NCBI RefSeq assembly: GCF_006345805.1
Contig: NC_043012.1
Coordinates: 21,142,001-21,206,000 of the forward strand
Direction of reading: 5' to 3'
DNA from: Octopus sinensis
Taxonomy: Eukaryota
Length of the DNA stretch: 64,000 nt
Positions 25,261 through 39,590 of this stretch are shown piece by piece. The notes beneath the pieces are model-generated. The model made no database searches. It was not told where the DNA came from and was given only the letters and a program-made list of their open reading frames with translations. The position numbers and the translations under genes were made by a program. The stretch's first letter is position 1. Each line of letters starts with the position of its first letter.

Positions 25261-25879
25261 TATGTATATATATATATATATATATCAGAGATAGGCAACA
25301 ATCATCTCAGTACTGGCTAATGAAAACAGTGGACACATTTCTACCTCTGGAGACTTTGTTAATATTCAGCCGACAGAAATTTCCAACACCCGTGATTTTC
25401 TTAGTCACTGTTTTCGTAAGTATCGGTGGCTACAAATTACGCAATTTGCTGCGGGTGCATGATATTGTGCACCTTGTGGAAAATTGAACTTAGGACCTGC
25501 AGTACCGAAACTGAATTTATCGGTATTTAAACTGGTAATCTGCAGCGCCTACCCCTCCGTTACGTTCTACTCGGTGAATATTGATTTTTGACATCAGTAC
25601 GTGTCCACCTAATTTGTAGGTGGACCACAATCGATTGCAGTTAAATCGATAACTGTACTCGACTGACACTTTACTGTTCTCGGGAGGGTTAAAAGGCAGA
25701 ACTTGAAATCAGAGAGCGAAGGCACCGAAATACGTAGCAGGGTGTAATTTGAGCGACACTTTACCTATTCTACATTCGAACTACCATTTTCTCCATTATA
25801 AATATAAATATTGGTAGACCTTGTAGAGAGATTTAGCAAAATATTGTTCGCATCATCATCGTCATCATCATCATCTTCA

Positions 25880-26420
25880 GTAGCAGTTGCAATAAAAATT
25901 TTATTGGAAAATCTGTGACAGCTGGGGTCTATTATGTATGTATTGATATTATATACGAAATAGAAAGGAGGTCATTTGCAAACAACTCTAGATCAGTTCG
26001 TTCTATTATAGAAACAAATGAAAATGTTTATCTTGTATTAAAAAGATTTTACCAATAGCTTTTATTTAACTTTGTATGATTTTTATATAAAACGTTGAGA
26101 CGTCACAACTGTTTACAACGTTAGCTTAAATATGTATCTTGAGGTATTAATTCCTGTCGACTGTTCTCTGAATTCACCACCCGCACAATTCAAATTTTGT
26201 TTTCCATTATTTTTGTTCTCAATAAAGTAGCAATGCAGTACTGGGATCGATTCATCTTGCTGGAAGAGATACGGTGTGTTCAAACCTGGAGATAAATGTG
26301 CTAGAGTTAAAATGCCCAAGACCCTGCATACGTCGCAAAGGTGTCACTCCTATTGCAAGAAAAATTCCTGGATCAAGACAGGATATATTAAATTGTGCTG
26401 ATTGCTACTAATATCATTTT
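25880..26420 (+). mobile_element. Possible piggyBac-like transposase relic
   Basis: Weak motifs YLVLKRFY (cf. LY.DNFYTS) and AMQYWDR (cf. KW.DKR); heavily decayed. Confidence 0.25.
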
Positions 26421-27698
26421 GCCACTACCGACCGACCGCCCTCATCAAATAAACCTGAAATCAAAAGTAATCCTGCCGTGACTGGTCCTTCTCCTTTCGA
26501 AGTCAATCTGAGGCTATATTACCGAATGTTACCTTCCATGGTTTTAAAAGGTTCTTGAATAATATGAAGAAGATTTGGTTGCTATTACTTGGTGTGGTAT
26601 CGAAAAAATATTGGGAATTCATAACTTATTTTTCATCTCAGCTTTATTAATACGCACAAAAAGAATTGAACTCAGCGCTGCTAGACGGCGAAATATTTGT
26701 CAGATGCCATGGTTTAATAATATTGAATTAATATAAAGCAATGTGGTGTCTACATACAGCGATTTGTTGTATATATATGTGTGTTTGTTGACTTGTGTCG
26801 ATAACAAGAGAGGGAGATAAAGGGGTAGAGATTGCTATCTGGGGAGAAGGATGGAAGCTAAATATGAATGTAAGTTTACAGAGAATAATAGCATTATCTA
26901 AAAGCAAAGAAACAGAGATGGTAAAAGAATGAGATTAAAGTCGAAAGAAATCGAAAATAAATATTTCTCTTGTAGTTTCATCATTTCAATAATCGACAAT
27001 GGATTATTTCTTTTGATAATACATCAACACATTTGTCACCTCTCACTTGTTACTTCACACTGTTTTTGCCGTTGAATGAAAGGGTGTTAGAAATTAAAGT
27101 TGCTTTGTTCTGTCAGTTTTTTGGGGGTGGGGCGCGGGATTTTTTCAGGAATTAGACTCAGTGATGTGCAAACATTTATACTTCGGTGACCCAACAGTGT
27201 TCATAATACGGATAATTAACAGTCATGAGCTTTTAGATGGGTAGGTCTTAAAATCGATTATATCGATTTCTGAAATTTGTTCAAGTACTCGATTCTTGGA
27301 AAGATCTGTTAAATTCACCAAAGTGATTCTACGGTATTTTAATCGACCCTGGAATGTTACAAAATAAGGCTGACCGCATAGGATTTGAACTTAGAATGTG
27401 AAGTAGCTAAATACGGCAAGACATTTTGTTCAATGCTTTTCTGATTGTATTCTTCTTCAACCCTTGCCAAGATTGCCATGTCTTATTCTCAGAGGCGTGA
27501 AATCAATATTTATCTGAACGAGTGATGTATTGTAGGAAACCAGTGATGTATTGTAGAGGGTCTTTCCAATGTCACCAAAAGAGAAAAAAACCTTCTGTTT
27601 ACTAACTATTGAACAAATGTTAACGAAGAGAAACAACTCAGAATGGCCAGTGACGTGTAGTTGGACGACAGACAAATACAGATTTATAAAAGTCTCAA

Positions 27699-28474
27699 AG
27701 GCGCAGGAGTGGCTGTGCGGTATGTAGCTTGTTTACCAACCGGGTTCAGTCCCACTGCGTGGCACCTTGGGCAAGTGTCTTCTACTATAGCCTCGGGCCG
27801 ACCAAAGCCTTGTGAGTGGATTTGGTAGACGGAAACTGAAAGAAGCCCATCGTATATATGTATACTAGCAGTATCGCCCGGCGTTGCTCAGGTTTGTAAG
27901 GGAAATAACTATAAAGCATTTTTAGAGAGTTATAGCCAAAAAATAGAAAAAAAATGGAAAAAAATGATGGTAAATTTTTTTTAGAGTGAAAAAAGGTGGA
28001 GTTGCGTCCCCTAGACAGTTTGCGGTTTGTGTTTCTGATTCTCGACCCCATGTCGAATTTATCGATTTTTTTCAGAACTGGGGGAACTTTTCAAAATTTT
28101 CGCTACGTTAGTTTTGAATTATGACATTGGGGTATGTGTGTGTCAAGTTTCATCAGAATCGGTTGAAAGCCGTGGTGAGGGTGAGGGTACAAGCAAACAG
28201 ACACACAGAAACACGCACAGACAAACTGCCGTTTATATAGAGAGAGATATATATGTGTGCGTGTGTGGTTGTGTTTGTCCCCCCAGCATTGCTTGACAAC
28301 CGATGCTGGTGTGTTTATGTCCCCGTTACTTAGCGGTTCGGCAAAAGAGACCGATAGAATAAGTACTGGGCTTACAAAGAATATGTCCCGGGGTCGAGTT
28401 GCTCGATTAAAGGCGGTGCTCCAGCATGGCCGCAGTCAAATGACTGAAACAAGTAAAAGAGTAAAGAGAGTAAA
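27699..28474 (+). mobile_element. SINE family B split by a Helitron
   Basis: 5' half 27699-27864 and 3' half 28248-28474 rejoin at the internal microsatellite. Confidence 0.9.
27865..28247 (-). mobile_element. Non-autonomous Helitron, same family as 1999-2371, nested in a SINE microsatellite
   Basis: Reverse complement of 1999-2371 along its whole length; A|TC...CTAG|T junctions intact. Confidence 0.9.
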
Positions 28475-29774
28475 ATATTATGAATTCTTGATTTATGAAA
28501 AATCATCTCCGCATCAAGAGGATGAGTCAAAAATTACCAAACGGCAACTAAGTACCAGTCAAGTACTGGAGTCGAACATTCTCCCCTAAAATTGCTGGTT
28601 TTGTGCCAAAACAGGAAATAATTACTATTTTCAGCGGGATTAAGTTTCTGACAGAGAGAAATTCCGGATCAAATGTTTAAAAGTATTTACCGTCTCAATT
28701 CAAAGCTAATTGGACGTGAGTTTACTTTACAAAACCTCCACTCCTATCAAACATTACGATGTGAATGCTGCTCTGGGGACAGTGGATTCATTAAACTTTC
28801 CTCTGGTAGCCTAAAGCTAGTTAATATTCTTTTAACTGGATGGGAGTGAGTGATAAACACGTTAACATGACAGACCTATTGTCTCACCAACCCTTTCGTT
28901 ACTGTATTTATTTTGAGATGCTCTGTGTTTCTTCCAATTATTTTAAATATAAGAAAGAATTTAGTAAAATAACATCGTTATCATTGAGCTAGTGTTAGGA
29001 ACATAAATTGTGACTAAAATTTGGTGGAAATTTTGAATTCAAAACTTATGAAAACAAGACATTTATACTAAAGAGCCAGAGCCGGTTTCAGCCGGGTTGG
29101 TGTCCAATTACATTCTGATTTCACGAGCGAGATCGGTAGAATAACTAAACTTATTTGTATCTTCATTACCATTTTTACGGATTGTGTAACTGATGGAAAG
29201 AACGAAGTGAGTTATAGAATGGACTTCGCTAAAAATACACGAAGGCTCAGCAGTTACTTTTAACTCTGCGGCAGATTAAGACTAACATCCATTTACCGAA
29301 GGCGAAGTTTTACAGGATTATCTGGCTTTGTCACAATACAAGAAAAAAAAAACAAAGGTTTTTCACTGCAGTTGTTCAAAGGGTTCAAATTTCGCATTGA
29401 TTTCTCCAAAAAGTGTCATGTAGATTATATCTATTTTTTACTATTTACTTGTTTCAGTCATTGAACTGCGGCCGTGCTTTTGGGCATCGTTTTGAAACGT
29501 TTGGTCGAACAAATCGACCGCAGTACTTATTATCTATCGTCGCTGTTGTTAAACTGCTAAGTTGCGAGGATGTAAACAAACCAACACAGACACATGTATA
29601 TATGTATGAGTATATAGATAGATAGATAGATAGATAGATAGTTAGATACTGTGTGCAGTGAATGAATGAATTGGCGTCCAAATTACGCAAAAATGTAAAT
29701 AACACTGACATCTCATTTTAACAAATATATTTACTAAAATTACATAAAAATATCTTGAAACACAAAAGAATAAA

Positions 29775-30255
29775 CCACGGCCTCTAGACGACTTCGGAAT
29801 CTCCTGCAACTCTTATGAATGATCTCCTTGTTTAAGTTGGGAAATGCTGCCATAACCCTTGCCTTCAGTTCATCATTGGTGTTACAAGGAGTTTCGTTCG
29901 TCTCTTGCTCAACTGCGCCTCACACATAATAATCAAGGGAGTTGAAGTCTGGAGAATTAGGTTGCCAGATCTTAAGGGTGATGTGGTCGCATAAATTGTC
30001 TGACAGCTATGACTGGTTCCTCCTGGTTATGTGGCATGGTGCAGAGTTTTTTTGCCAGACATAAGGTCTTCCAGCAGCCACCCTCTTCACCCAGAACAGC
30101 ACTACCATCTGCAGGCACTTGATGTAAGCCTCCGTGTTGAGTCTGAGGCTGTGTGGGAAGATAAATGGAGACATAACGTCGCCATCACTAGTGATCACTC
30201 CAAACACCATGATGTTGACTGGATGTTTGATTTTGTGCGCGCCTAAATCTGTGGA
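29775..30255 (-). mobile_element. Tc1/mariner transposase relic, DD37D (maT-type) spacing
   Basis: KHPVNIMVFGVITSDGDVMSPFIF...VWQKNSAPCH...WQPNSPDFNSLDYYV*GAVE; 37 residues between the second catalytic position (now N) and the third D; two Trp-to-stop changes. Confidence 0.85.
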
Positions 30256-30286
30256 GATGCAAGTGTATGTATGTGTGTTCTGCGTG

Positions 30287-30317
<31 letters not shown>

Positions 30318-30527
30318 CGTGTGTGTGTGTGTGTATGTGCGCGGGCGCACACACATTCAAACATACACACACACATACTATACTATTTACAACGAACGGA
30401 TTTTTTTTCAAAGATGTCAAGCAGTTAAATCGAAGTTGTGTTCTCATAGTTATTATTTAAAAACATTCTTGGAAATAAAACCAATATTTTTTTTTAAATT
30501 TTTTTTTTAATATTAATAATAATAAAT

Positions 30528-30885
30528 GGGTGTGGCTGTGTGGTAAGAAGTTTACTTCTCAACCATATGTATCTCGGTTCAGTCCCTCTGCATGGCACCT
30601 CGGACAAATGTCTTCTACTATAGCTTAACGTGACCAAAGGCTTGTGAGTGGATTTGGTAAATGAAAACTGAGTAGAAACCGTCATGTGTGTGCGTGTGTG
30701 TGTACTTGTGTTTGTCCCTACCACCGCTCGACACACAGTTTTGATTTGTTTACCTCCCTGACAGAGGAAGTTCCAGCCTTGTAAGAAATAAGCAGTGGGG
30801 TCGATATATTTTACTAAAATCTTCAGGTCAGTGCTCCAGCATGGCCAAACATTTAGTCCAACGACTAAAACAAATAAAAGGTAAA
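30528..30885 (+). mobile_element. SINE family B, diverged
   Basis: GGCTGTGTGGTAAG...GTGAGTGGATTTGGTAAA...GTGCTCCAGCATGGCC. Confidence 0.75.
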
Positions 30886-31807
30886 TAGTAACGTTTTCTG
30901 ACGTAAGCCCCAAACCGCGCACTTTACCGGTTTATTTAATTGTTGCTTTATTTTTGCGAAGCAGTCAAATTTGGATTAATGGATCTTACTATTAAACAGG
31001 CACCAGAAAAGATGAGGACTGAATTTACATGAGAAAGATGTATAACTAAATATAACAAGTTGCTCTGCCAATTTCATCAGTCCACCACTAATTTAATCTC
31101 TTGCAAGGAGTCATGGCTACACCTTTTGGGGTGGGGAGGATGGTGAGGATGTGTAGCTGACTTCATTAATATATTTTCTCTTTGACTGATTTTAACCCTC
31201 GGAAGGATGAAGGATGAAGGACAAACGCCTTGGGCGGGAATTGAACTTAAAACTTAACTTTCTACATAGAACACTGGTGTCTGTTGTCACCGATGTCAGA
31301 AATACTTGGGAGAGAAGGGTGGCGGGGTAAAAGAAGAAAGATATTTATTGTATTCTCACAAGTACAAGAGAAAATATGATATTACTAAAGAGATAGGAAA
31401 TGTTGAGTCTCATTGCGGATTAGGTTAATTCCTTTGTGAAACTCTGCAGAAAAGAAAATTTTTAAAAATCTCAAATTAATGAAGAAATACTAATGCTGTG
31501 TGAAAAGAGAAAATGCATTCTGGTAGTGTTTCTTGTTGTTGTTTTCGAACTTTCCCAATACGGTTCAATACTTTTGTTAAGCTATCAATCGATAGCATCT
31601 GAAGCAAACGTTTGACTTTTATAAAAGATTAATAGGTTTCGTTTTCATTGGAAATAATAGCTTATAAGGAATATGGCTACTAGAAACTAAGAATCGACTT
31701 ATTTTGATAGCTTCTGAACTTTAGATCATTATATTAACTCGCTTGTCTAGCGCATAATCGATTAGATGATGCAAAACATTGAATGCTTAAGAAAGAAATC
31801 AATATTT

Positions 31808-31862
<55 letters not shown>

Positions 31863-33314
31863 ATATATATATATATATGTGTGTGTATGTATGTATGTAT
31901 ATATATATATATATGGGTGTATGTATGTATGTATGTATATGTATATATACGCTTATGGTTTCTAGTTGAATTTTTATTTTAAATGACATGAAGACACCCT
32001 TTATATGTCAGTAGGGAGGAGTAAATGGTCACATTATTTACGACACAGAGATCAATGTTGTGGTAGGAAATGAGTGCTTGCTGGATTAAGTGCGCTTCGA
32101 TATAAATTCCATCCGCTAACATCGTGAGTTCAAACTCAACTGAGATTGCTGTTACTTTTCATCTCTTCTGGATCTTTAAATTAATCACATATCGTACATT
32201 AGAAGGCGTTACAATTACATTCTATCCCCGACATAATGGAACCAAATTTGTTATATTCTACCAATTAACATGATTAGTATTTACATCATTAAGGTGTTTC
32301 TACATGATCTCTCCATCGTCTACAATTAGCATAAATCTCCTAGATCCTATCGTCTTACAAATGGGTAGATTAGGTAATGGTTTCCAGTTTTGGCACAGGG
32401 TCAGCAATCCTAGTAGGTGGGACAGGGTAGCTTTAGACAGTTACATCGACCTCCTCAGGGCTCAACTGATAATTATTTTATCGACCCGAAATGTTGAAAT
32501 GTAGCGTCGGCCTCAGCAGAATTTTACTTCAGATCGAAAAACCGGGAGAAAGGCCGAAAATGTTGACCGGTATACACTATTCCAGAAGGGACAGCATGAC
32601 CATTATAAGGATTCACTTTGATCACACATCTGTCTATTCTATCGAGGCCTAGCTGGGGCGAAGCGACAACAACAACAGCACCAATAATTGGTTCTGACAT
32701 AAGCACAGCTATTTTGAGGCGTAGAGATTTGTCAAAGAGAAAAAATTGATCCAGTATCTGAGTGGTATTTTATTTTATCGGCCGATCGGATGAAAGGTGA
32801 AGTTGACCTGCGTTGAAATTGAACTCAGAATGTAAAGAATCGCAACACATACCTTAAATATTATTTATTTTTGGTTATTGTAGAATCTCTAACGATTCAG
32901 CCAGTTCGCTATACATCAGCAACAATAATAGTATATAATGATATATAAGTCCAGTCATAATCCGGTTGGTCTAATCGGTGTGGTCGTGGAATATTGGAAA
33001 AGATTCGGAGAAAGCGACAAAAGAAAAAAGCGTACAATCTATATAATTATGTTGTGAGGAATAAACATACGAAAATTCGAGTTTTTCCTTCTGTTTTTTT
33101 TTTTTTTTTTTGTTTTTTTTTTGGTCAGGAACGAAAAGGAACACAAAATAGAAACAAAATGTTAAGTGCAAAACAGCCGAAGCAAAGTCAGTGTGGTGAA
33201 TGAAGGTGGAAAGGTGGAACGTATCGGATGATGTTTTTGAAGCCAAAAGAGTGAGACTAGAGGGTGAGAAGTGAGAAAATATGAGGAAAATATGAGAAGT
33301 GAGAAAATATGCAT

Positions 33315-33741
33315 AGGCACAGGAGTGGCTGTGTGGTAAGTAGCTTGCTAACCACCCACATGGTTCCGGGTTCAGTCCCACTGCGTGGCATTTTGGGCAA
33401 GTGTCTTCTGCTATAGCCCCGGGCCGACCAATGCCTTGTGAGTGGATTTGGTAGACGGAAACTGAAAGGTGCCTGTCGTATATATGTATATATATATATA
33501 TATGTGTGTGTATGTGTTTGTGTGTCTGTCTTTGTCCCCCTAGCATTGCTTGACAACCGATGCTGGTGTATTTACGTCCCCGTAACCTAGCGGTTCGGCA
33601 AAAGAGACCGATAGAATAAGTACTGGGCTTACAAAGAATAAGTCCCGGGGTCGAAATGCTCGACTAAAGGCGGTGCTCCAGCATGGCCGCAGTCAAATGA
33701 CTGAAACAAGTAAAAGAGTAAAAGAGTAAAGAGTAAAAGAG
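33315..33741 (+). mobile_element. SINE family B, full length
   Basis: Colinear with 3555-3981. Confidence 0.9.
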
Positions 33742-34206
33742 GGCAGGGTGTGCCAGCGTGTAGACAGGGGAGTGTGTGTGTGTGTGTGTGTATGAGAAAT
33801 GTGTGAGCGTGTATACATGTGCGAGTGCAGTCTGGTGTAGAGAGTGTGATATATATATATTGCACACAGTCAGGTTTCAGTAACACGAATTCTAAAATAA
33901 TAGCACTTCTTTCATTTAGTGCGATACTAATTTCGATTTGCTAGGATTTTGTATCTTTTATTTATTTAAAGTGGGCGTTTCATGTAAAACAAGATTTACA
34001 AGAAATAGATTTTACTGTCTTTGAGAGCTGGATTAAGCTTTTGAAATGTTGAAAACTGTTCATTATAACACGCGCTGACTCCTGGTCGTCAATTATCATA
34101 CGGTTGACAATCCCTTCTAGGTTGTGTCAAGATGAGGTGAGTTTGAAAGTTTGGATATTACATCAAAGGTAAAGAAGACGGTAAACGATATTTTTCAACA
34201 CATTTA

Positions 34207-34442
34207 AGGCGGCGAGCTGGCAGAAACGTTAGCACGCCCGGCGAAATGCGTAGATGTATTTCGTCTGCCGGCCGCTACATTCTGAGTTCAAATTCCGCCG
34301 GGGTTGACTTTGCCTTTCATCCTTTCGGGGTCGATAAATTAAGTACCAGTTACCCACTGGGGTCGATATAATCGACTTAATCCGTTTTTCTGTCCTTGTT
34401 AGTCCTCTCTGTGTTTAGCCCCTTGTGGGTAGTAAAGAAATA
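34207..34442 (+). mobile_element. SINE family A, full length
   Basis: 17-bp TSD ATATTTTTCAACACATT at 34188-34204 and 34444-34460. Confidence 0.9.
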
Positions 34443-34805
34443 AATATTTTTCAACACATTATAAGGGTCTTGAAGATTTTAGTCATTTGTAGCCATGTAC
34501 AGTGCTATTTCATCCTAGAATGATCAGCACGGAATAATTGGAGACAAGTAAATGAAGCTAAATTTAGCATTTTACCAAGTTATACAGGTAAAATAGTTTA
34601 GTCTAAAAAGCATTCTTGATTTTTCATATTAAATCGCTAATTGTTCGGCCATAGAGAAAAGAGAGAATAATTTTCACAAGGTTTGAACCAATTACTGTAA
34701 TTAAACTTTCGGCAAATTAACTACGTCCTATTTTAGATTCGTAATAGAAACTGATTCCACTTATTTCGCTAATACTTTAGGGGAACGAATGGATCTTACA
34801 ATGTA

Positions 34806-35400
34806 GGCGCCGGTATGGCTCTGTGGTTGCAAAGTGAGTGTTGCAACCACGTGGTTTCTGATTTGGTGTCACTGCGTAGTACCTTGAGCAAATATCTTTT
34901 ATAGCACCAGCCTAAATCAAAGCCATGTGAATAAATTTCGAGGACGAAAACTGTGTGGAAGCTTGTCGTATGCATATATATATATATATATAAAAGGTAA
35001 AGAACCCCTTCAGTCATGTGTGACCATGGGTTTGCACCTAGAGAGTTACCCTCTGAGGCACAAGTCTGGGCAAGGTTGTTTTTATGGAAGACCAGCAGTC
35101 GCCCATGCATACCGGCCTCCCCTCTCCACGCCACCAGTGTTATCCAAGGGAAAGACAAAGGTCGATACAGCTTGGCACCAGTGACGTCGCAACTCATTTC
35201 TACAGCTGAGTGAACTGGAGCAACGTGAAATAAAGTGCTTTGCTCAAGAACACAACACGCAGCCCGGTCCGGGATTCGAACTCACAACCTCACATATATA
35301 TATATATATACATACATACATACATATACATATGCGTGCGTGCCATTGTGTTTGCTCCCCCGGCCCACTACTGCTTGACAAGTGATGTCGGATTTTTCAC
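34806..35400 (+). mobile_element. Older SINE family B copy split by a CORE-like SINE
   Basis: AGGCGCCGGTATGGCTCTGTGG head; 3' half (TGTGTTTGCTCCCC..CTGCTTGACAA) resumes after 35293. Confidence 0.65.
34992..35293 (-). mobile_element. 5'-truncated CORE-like SINE
   Basis: B box GAGTTCGAATCC, then GTGTTCTTGAGCAAAGCACTT..CTCCAGTTCACTCAGCTGTAGAAATGAG (resembles the CORE domain); flanked by (TA)n. Confidence 0.7.
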
Positions 35401-38059
35401 CTTAAATGTGAAGGTTTGCGACAAATTTTATTTTACCCCAGGAAATATTTGCCCTGTAAATTAAGGGACGGAATGGAAAGACATGATACATGTTTTCTAA
35501 AGATTTTTCGTTGTACAGTTCGGTGATAAATACATAAAAAAGCATAATGTTCCTGATTTGTCCAGGTTCTCCCTAACTGATGAGATTAACGCAGTTGATG
35601 ACCACTTTACACTTCTGTAGATTAACACGGCTTAGATAAAGGTGGCTAGGAAAGAAACTAAAAAGTGCTTATAAAACGAAGTTATTGATCAAAGTTGTGC
35701 GTAACAGGATTGGTGATACAGTATGGATGACGAGTACAAGTGAGTGCCTAAGATAAACATATACGAATGCAGGATGCACCTTGCAAGTTGAAATGAGTAA
35801 CAGCCGTGTACATTCGGTGGAAAGAGCAGTGAGAAGAAAGGTAATGGTTCTAGGACGTTGATAATGGAATTTTTAATTGGTCGAATTACCTTCTGTTCTA
35901 TGTTACCTAAGACGCAAGTATATGTAGAACTTCTATACCAGATACATGAGCAGTACTTAAATACAGATTTTTCTTACTTTTTCGTTTTCTGGAGTATCGG
36001 TTACAAATCAGAACTGCAGTATTTTCTGCTTTTGAAAAAGCTAAAGTAACCAAACCACCCATGGGGTGTTAAGTGCGTGTTGTTTACGCGCTGAGAAAGT
36101 GTACTTCAAGACCTGTTTCAATATATGCGCTGAGTGTATCTTGGGTTACTGAAGTGGATTAAGCTGTCGGGTCCGTATTAGAGGCTATTTTAAAGGTCTT
36201 TGTTAATCGGATTAGTGAAAGTCTAACTCGAAAGTCTACATTATGTATGAAAGATGGATGTGTGCAGAAAGTTGGGGAAGAGAATTGATTTCAGCTGGAA
36301 AATGAAATACTGGCTAATATTACAATGTACTCAACTTGATAAGGGAGACATTTTTCACATCGAATGTGAAGAGTGTAGACTAGTCTTTCTAGCAGAAATC
36401 TCCTTATTTCAGGTTGCCAATCACATTGTTAATAACGATACGATTCTATTTCACCTTCCCCATAAATCTGGGCATCTAAGAAATCAGCAATGGCTGCCAC
36501 TAATGTTGTTGCCTATCTCCAGGTTGGCTGGATTTGATGCATGGAAATAGCACAAATTATATCGTCCGTCGCTCTACACTTTCTGTCTATTATTGATAAC
36601 ACTATTAACCATTTCTTTATTATTACCACAAAGGTGGAGATAAGTAGACATTGCAGAGACGTGTTACAAAAAGCGAATGGGTTTAGATGGAAATTTAATG
36701 AAATGGAAAGCAACGCTAAAATGTACACAATAGACGTACGTATGATAGAATCCTTCGAGGATAATAGCCACATTGCATTAATTTATGAACATCACAGAAC
36801 TACCACAGCTGTCCAGAGAGGGAACCCTCGCTAAGTTGTATTTCTCGATTAACAAACGAATATCTCGCTTGATATTCGTTATTCTAACCAACATTTCGAA
36901 GGAACCACTAATGTGTAGCACCACCTTCTTCACTCTAATCTCCTTCTCAATAATATTAATAATGAATTTTATCATCCTTCATATAAGCACAAAGTTGCTG
37001 ATAGAATTGTTCAATAGATTATTATATACATGATTCTATATCCAGATTTCGGTTCTGCAAATTTAGACATCGTATTAAATGTTAAGGACTGCTCAAAGGG
37101 TTCGAGGTTTACAATGTAAGTTAAGTTCATTAAAACTTGTAAAGCCTTTTTTTTTTTTCTTTAAGTAAAAAATACAAAAGTGTATTATTTACATTTACGC
37201 GACTTTCCGATTAGTTTTATCTCCGCTAATCATGGGGTATTTTGTTTCAGGGTAGATACATACAGCACTCGCACTTAATGAATATTCTTAGTTCGTATAA
37301 AATTTCTTCTTCGGCACTCATGTAATAAGAAACCTGATGACGACCTGGTATGAATTTTCTCATATTTCAAACACTTTGACTTCTTCAGAGGTTCATTGAA
37401 TAAAAAAATTCTAATATTATCATTTTAGTCTCTTTACAACGGCTGTCAAAATCAAAACAAAAAATATAAAACTACACTAATTAATTCGTTTTTCTACGTC
37501 ATCCAGTCCCTTAAGCTGTTCAGTGTATACCCATATGTTCCAGGTCATTGACGTTGTCACATCTGTGAGCCTTGCCGTTCAAAACACAGCCATGACCTTA
37601 AATAGTCCATATATAATACATAGTAATGTATAGTCGATGAATAGATGTTGCGCTAGCGATGTCATGGCATCAACTCTACCTTGTCTGTAAAAACTTTCCC
37701 CATGTTTATTCAGCAACATTAGAAAGCACCGCAAAATTCCATGTCTAATATTCTATGATATATGATACACATATTGATGTTTGTAACTGTATTGTCATCA
37801 AAACCGTAAAATATCATGCATTATAGTAAAACTATGTTTGTTTCTTGTTTATGTATCATTAATCCGAAATAACACGGTGTGTTATGCTTATCACGGATTT
37901 ATCACTAATAAACACAAGAAGGCGAAACCAGTCGATGATTCTGTTTGTAGTGCAAAAATGCAAGCCTGTGATCACGTGGCTGCAGGTGTTTTATACGGAT
38001 TTACGTACACTTACCTATCAAAGTGAAGAGAAAATGCGAAAATGACCGATCTTAAAATA

Positions 38060-38165
38060 CCGCGCAAACAAGTGTATTCTCTGTGGGAAAAGGTACAGAT
38101 GATCAAGAAAATACGTGACGGCGGAAACTTCGCTATGAGCCACGAGTTTAGTTCGAACCATTAAC
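38060..38165 (+). mobile_element. Possible pogo/Tigger HTH-psq relic
   Basis: MTDLKIPRKQVYSLWEKVQMIKKIRDGGNFAMSHEF resembles the KRK..T+.EK+.+I...+.G....+AREF pattern. Confidence 0.3.
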
Positions 38166-38819
38166 AAAGAATGTGGAGTTGATTCATTTATCACGTTATA
38201 TTTTTACACAAATCCCGTGATAAACGAGGATATATGTATTGTAATCACCTCTAATTTGAACCTTGATTTTGCAAAGAATAATATGAGTATATTAAACAGA
38301 TATTTTAACGTGAAGTAACTTATACAGGAACACTTCACAAATTCCGAAACTGGTTAAATTCGTTTACAATCCTCCGATCGTGTTTACAAGAAAAAGCGAG
38401 AAAGATGAAAATTTGATATCAGTAAATATGAAACCCAGGAAATCTCTCTCGTCCATGGATTTTAATTTCAGTGATTCGATGTTGTGTTTGTTTACTTTTG
38501 TATTTCCCCTGTATGTGTTTTGTTTTACCAAATCTGTTATAGAATTAAAACGCATTTTTTTCTTTTGTATTGTTTTCTCTTCGAAGCTGCTTTTCATCAC
38601 CTGTTTGTGTTGGTTTAGTAAGACAAACAGAAAGAAGACATAGAATTATCCCAGAAAAAGAAATGATTAAAATTCAAAACATCTCAACAGATCTTTTTAC
38701 ATTTTTTTCTCGTATTTATCACAATTTCAAATATATTTATAAATGTTCAAAAAGAGATTCAAGTTCTCAGTTGATCAAATTGTTTCTTCTTCCAACTATC
38801 ACCCCTATGCACAACACCC

Positions 38820-39396
38820 CCCATGCATGTGTGTGTATATGTATATATATATATATATATAATATATATATATATAATATACATACACATATATAACATA
38901 TATATATACATATATATATATTATATACATATAAATATAGCATATATATATATGTATATATAGATATAATATATATATATATATATATAATACCATGCAT
39001 TGGTGAGTAACGCTGATGTCACCTTCAACGAAACGTGTTGCTTACAAATCAATCATATATTTTATCAAATTTGTATTGTCACTCTTACATACACACACAC
39101 ATGTTCACATATACATACATATAACATATATAAATGTTCGCACCCCCCCCACATATATATGTATGTATGTATATATATATGTATAGTCCATATATATATA
39201 TATATATACATATACATACACACACGCACATATATATATATATATATATATATAATATACATATGTATATATATATATATATCTATATATATATATATAT
39301 TGTATATCTATATATATATAATAGAGATATATATATATCTATATTATATATATATATATATATATAATCCATATATATATATATATATGTATATCC

Positions 39397-39444
<48 letters not shown>

Positions 39445-39445
39445 C

Positions 39446-39525
<80 letters not shown>

Positions 39526-39590
39526 ATATATTGAATTGTTTTAAAAATCAAAAAGTATTTTAGATAGAAATATATATATACAAACATTTA
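38820..39590. repeat. (TA)n-rich microsatellite block (similar blocks at 40630-40925, 41600-42050, 42530-42960, 52860-53260 and 58490-58800)
   Basis: Directly visible. Confidence 0.95.

Noticed and set aside
26113-26319. Minus-strand ORF vaguely like a cadherin repeat
   Set aside because: No DRE, DxNDN or DxG motifs in frame; the plus strand fits a transposase relic at least as well.
36254-36834. Two adjacent 97-98 aa ORFs
   Set aside because: No recognisable domain or splice support; probably decayed TE sequence that I could not classify.
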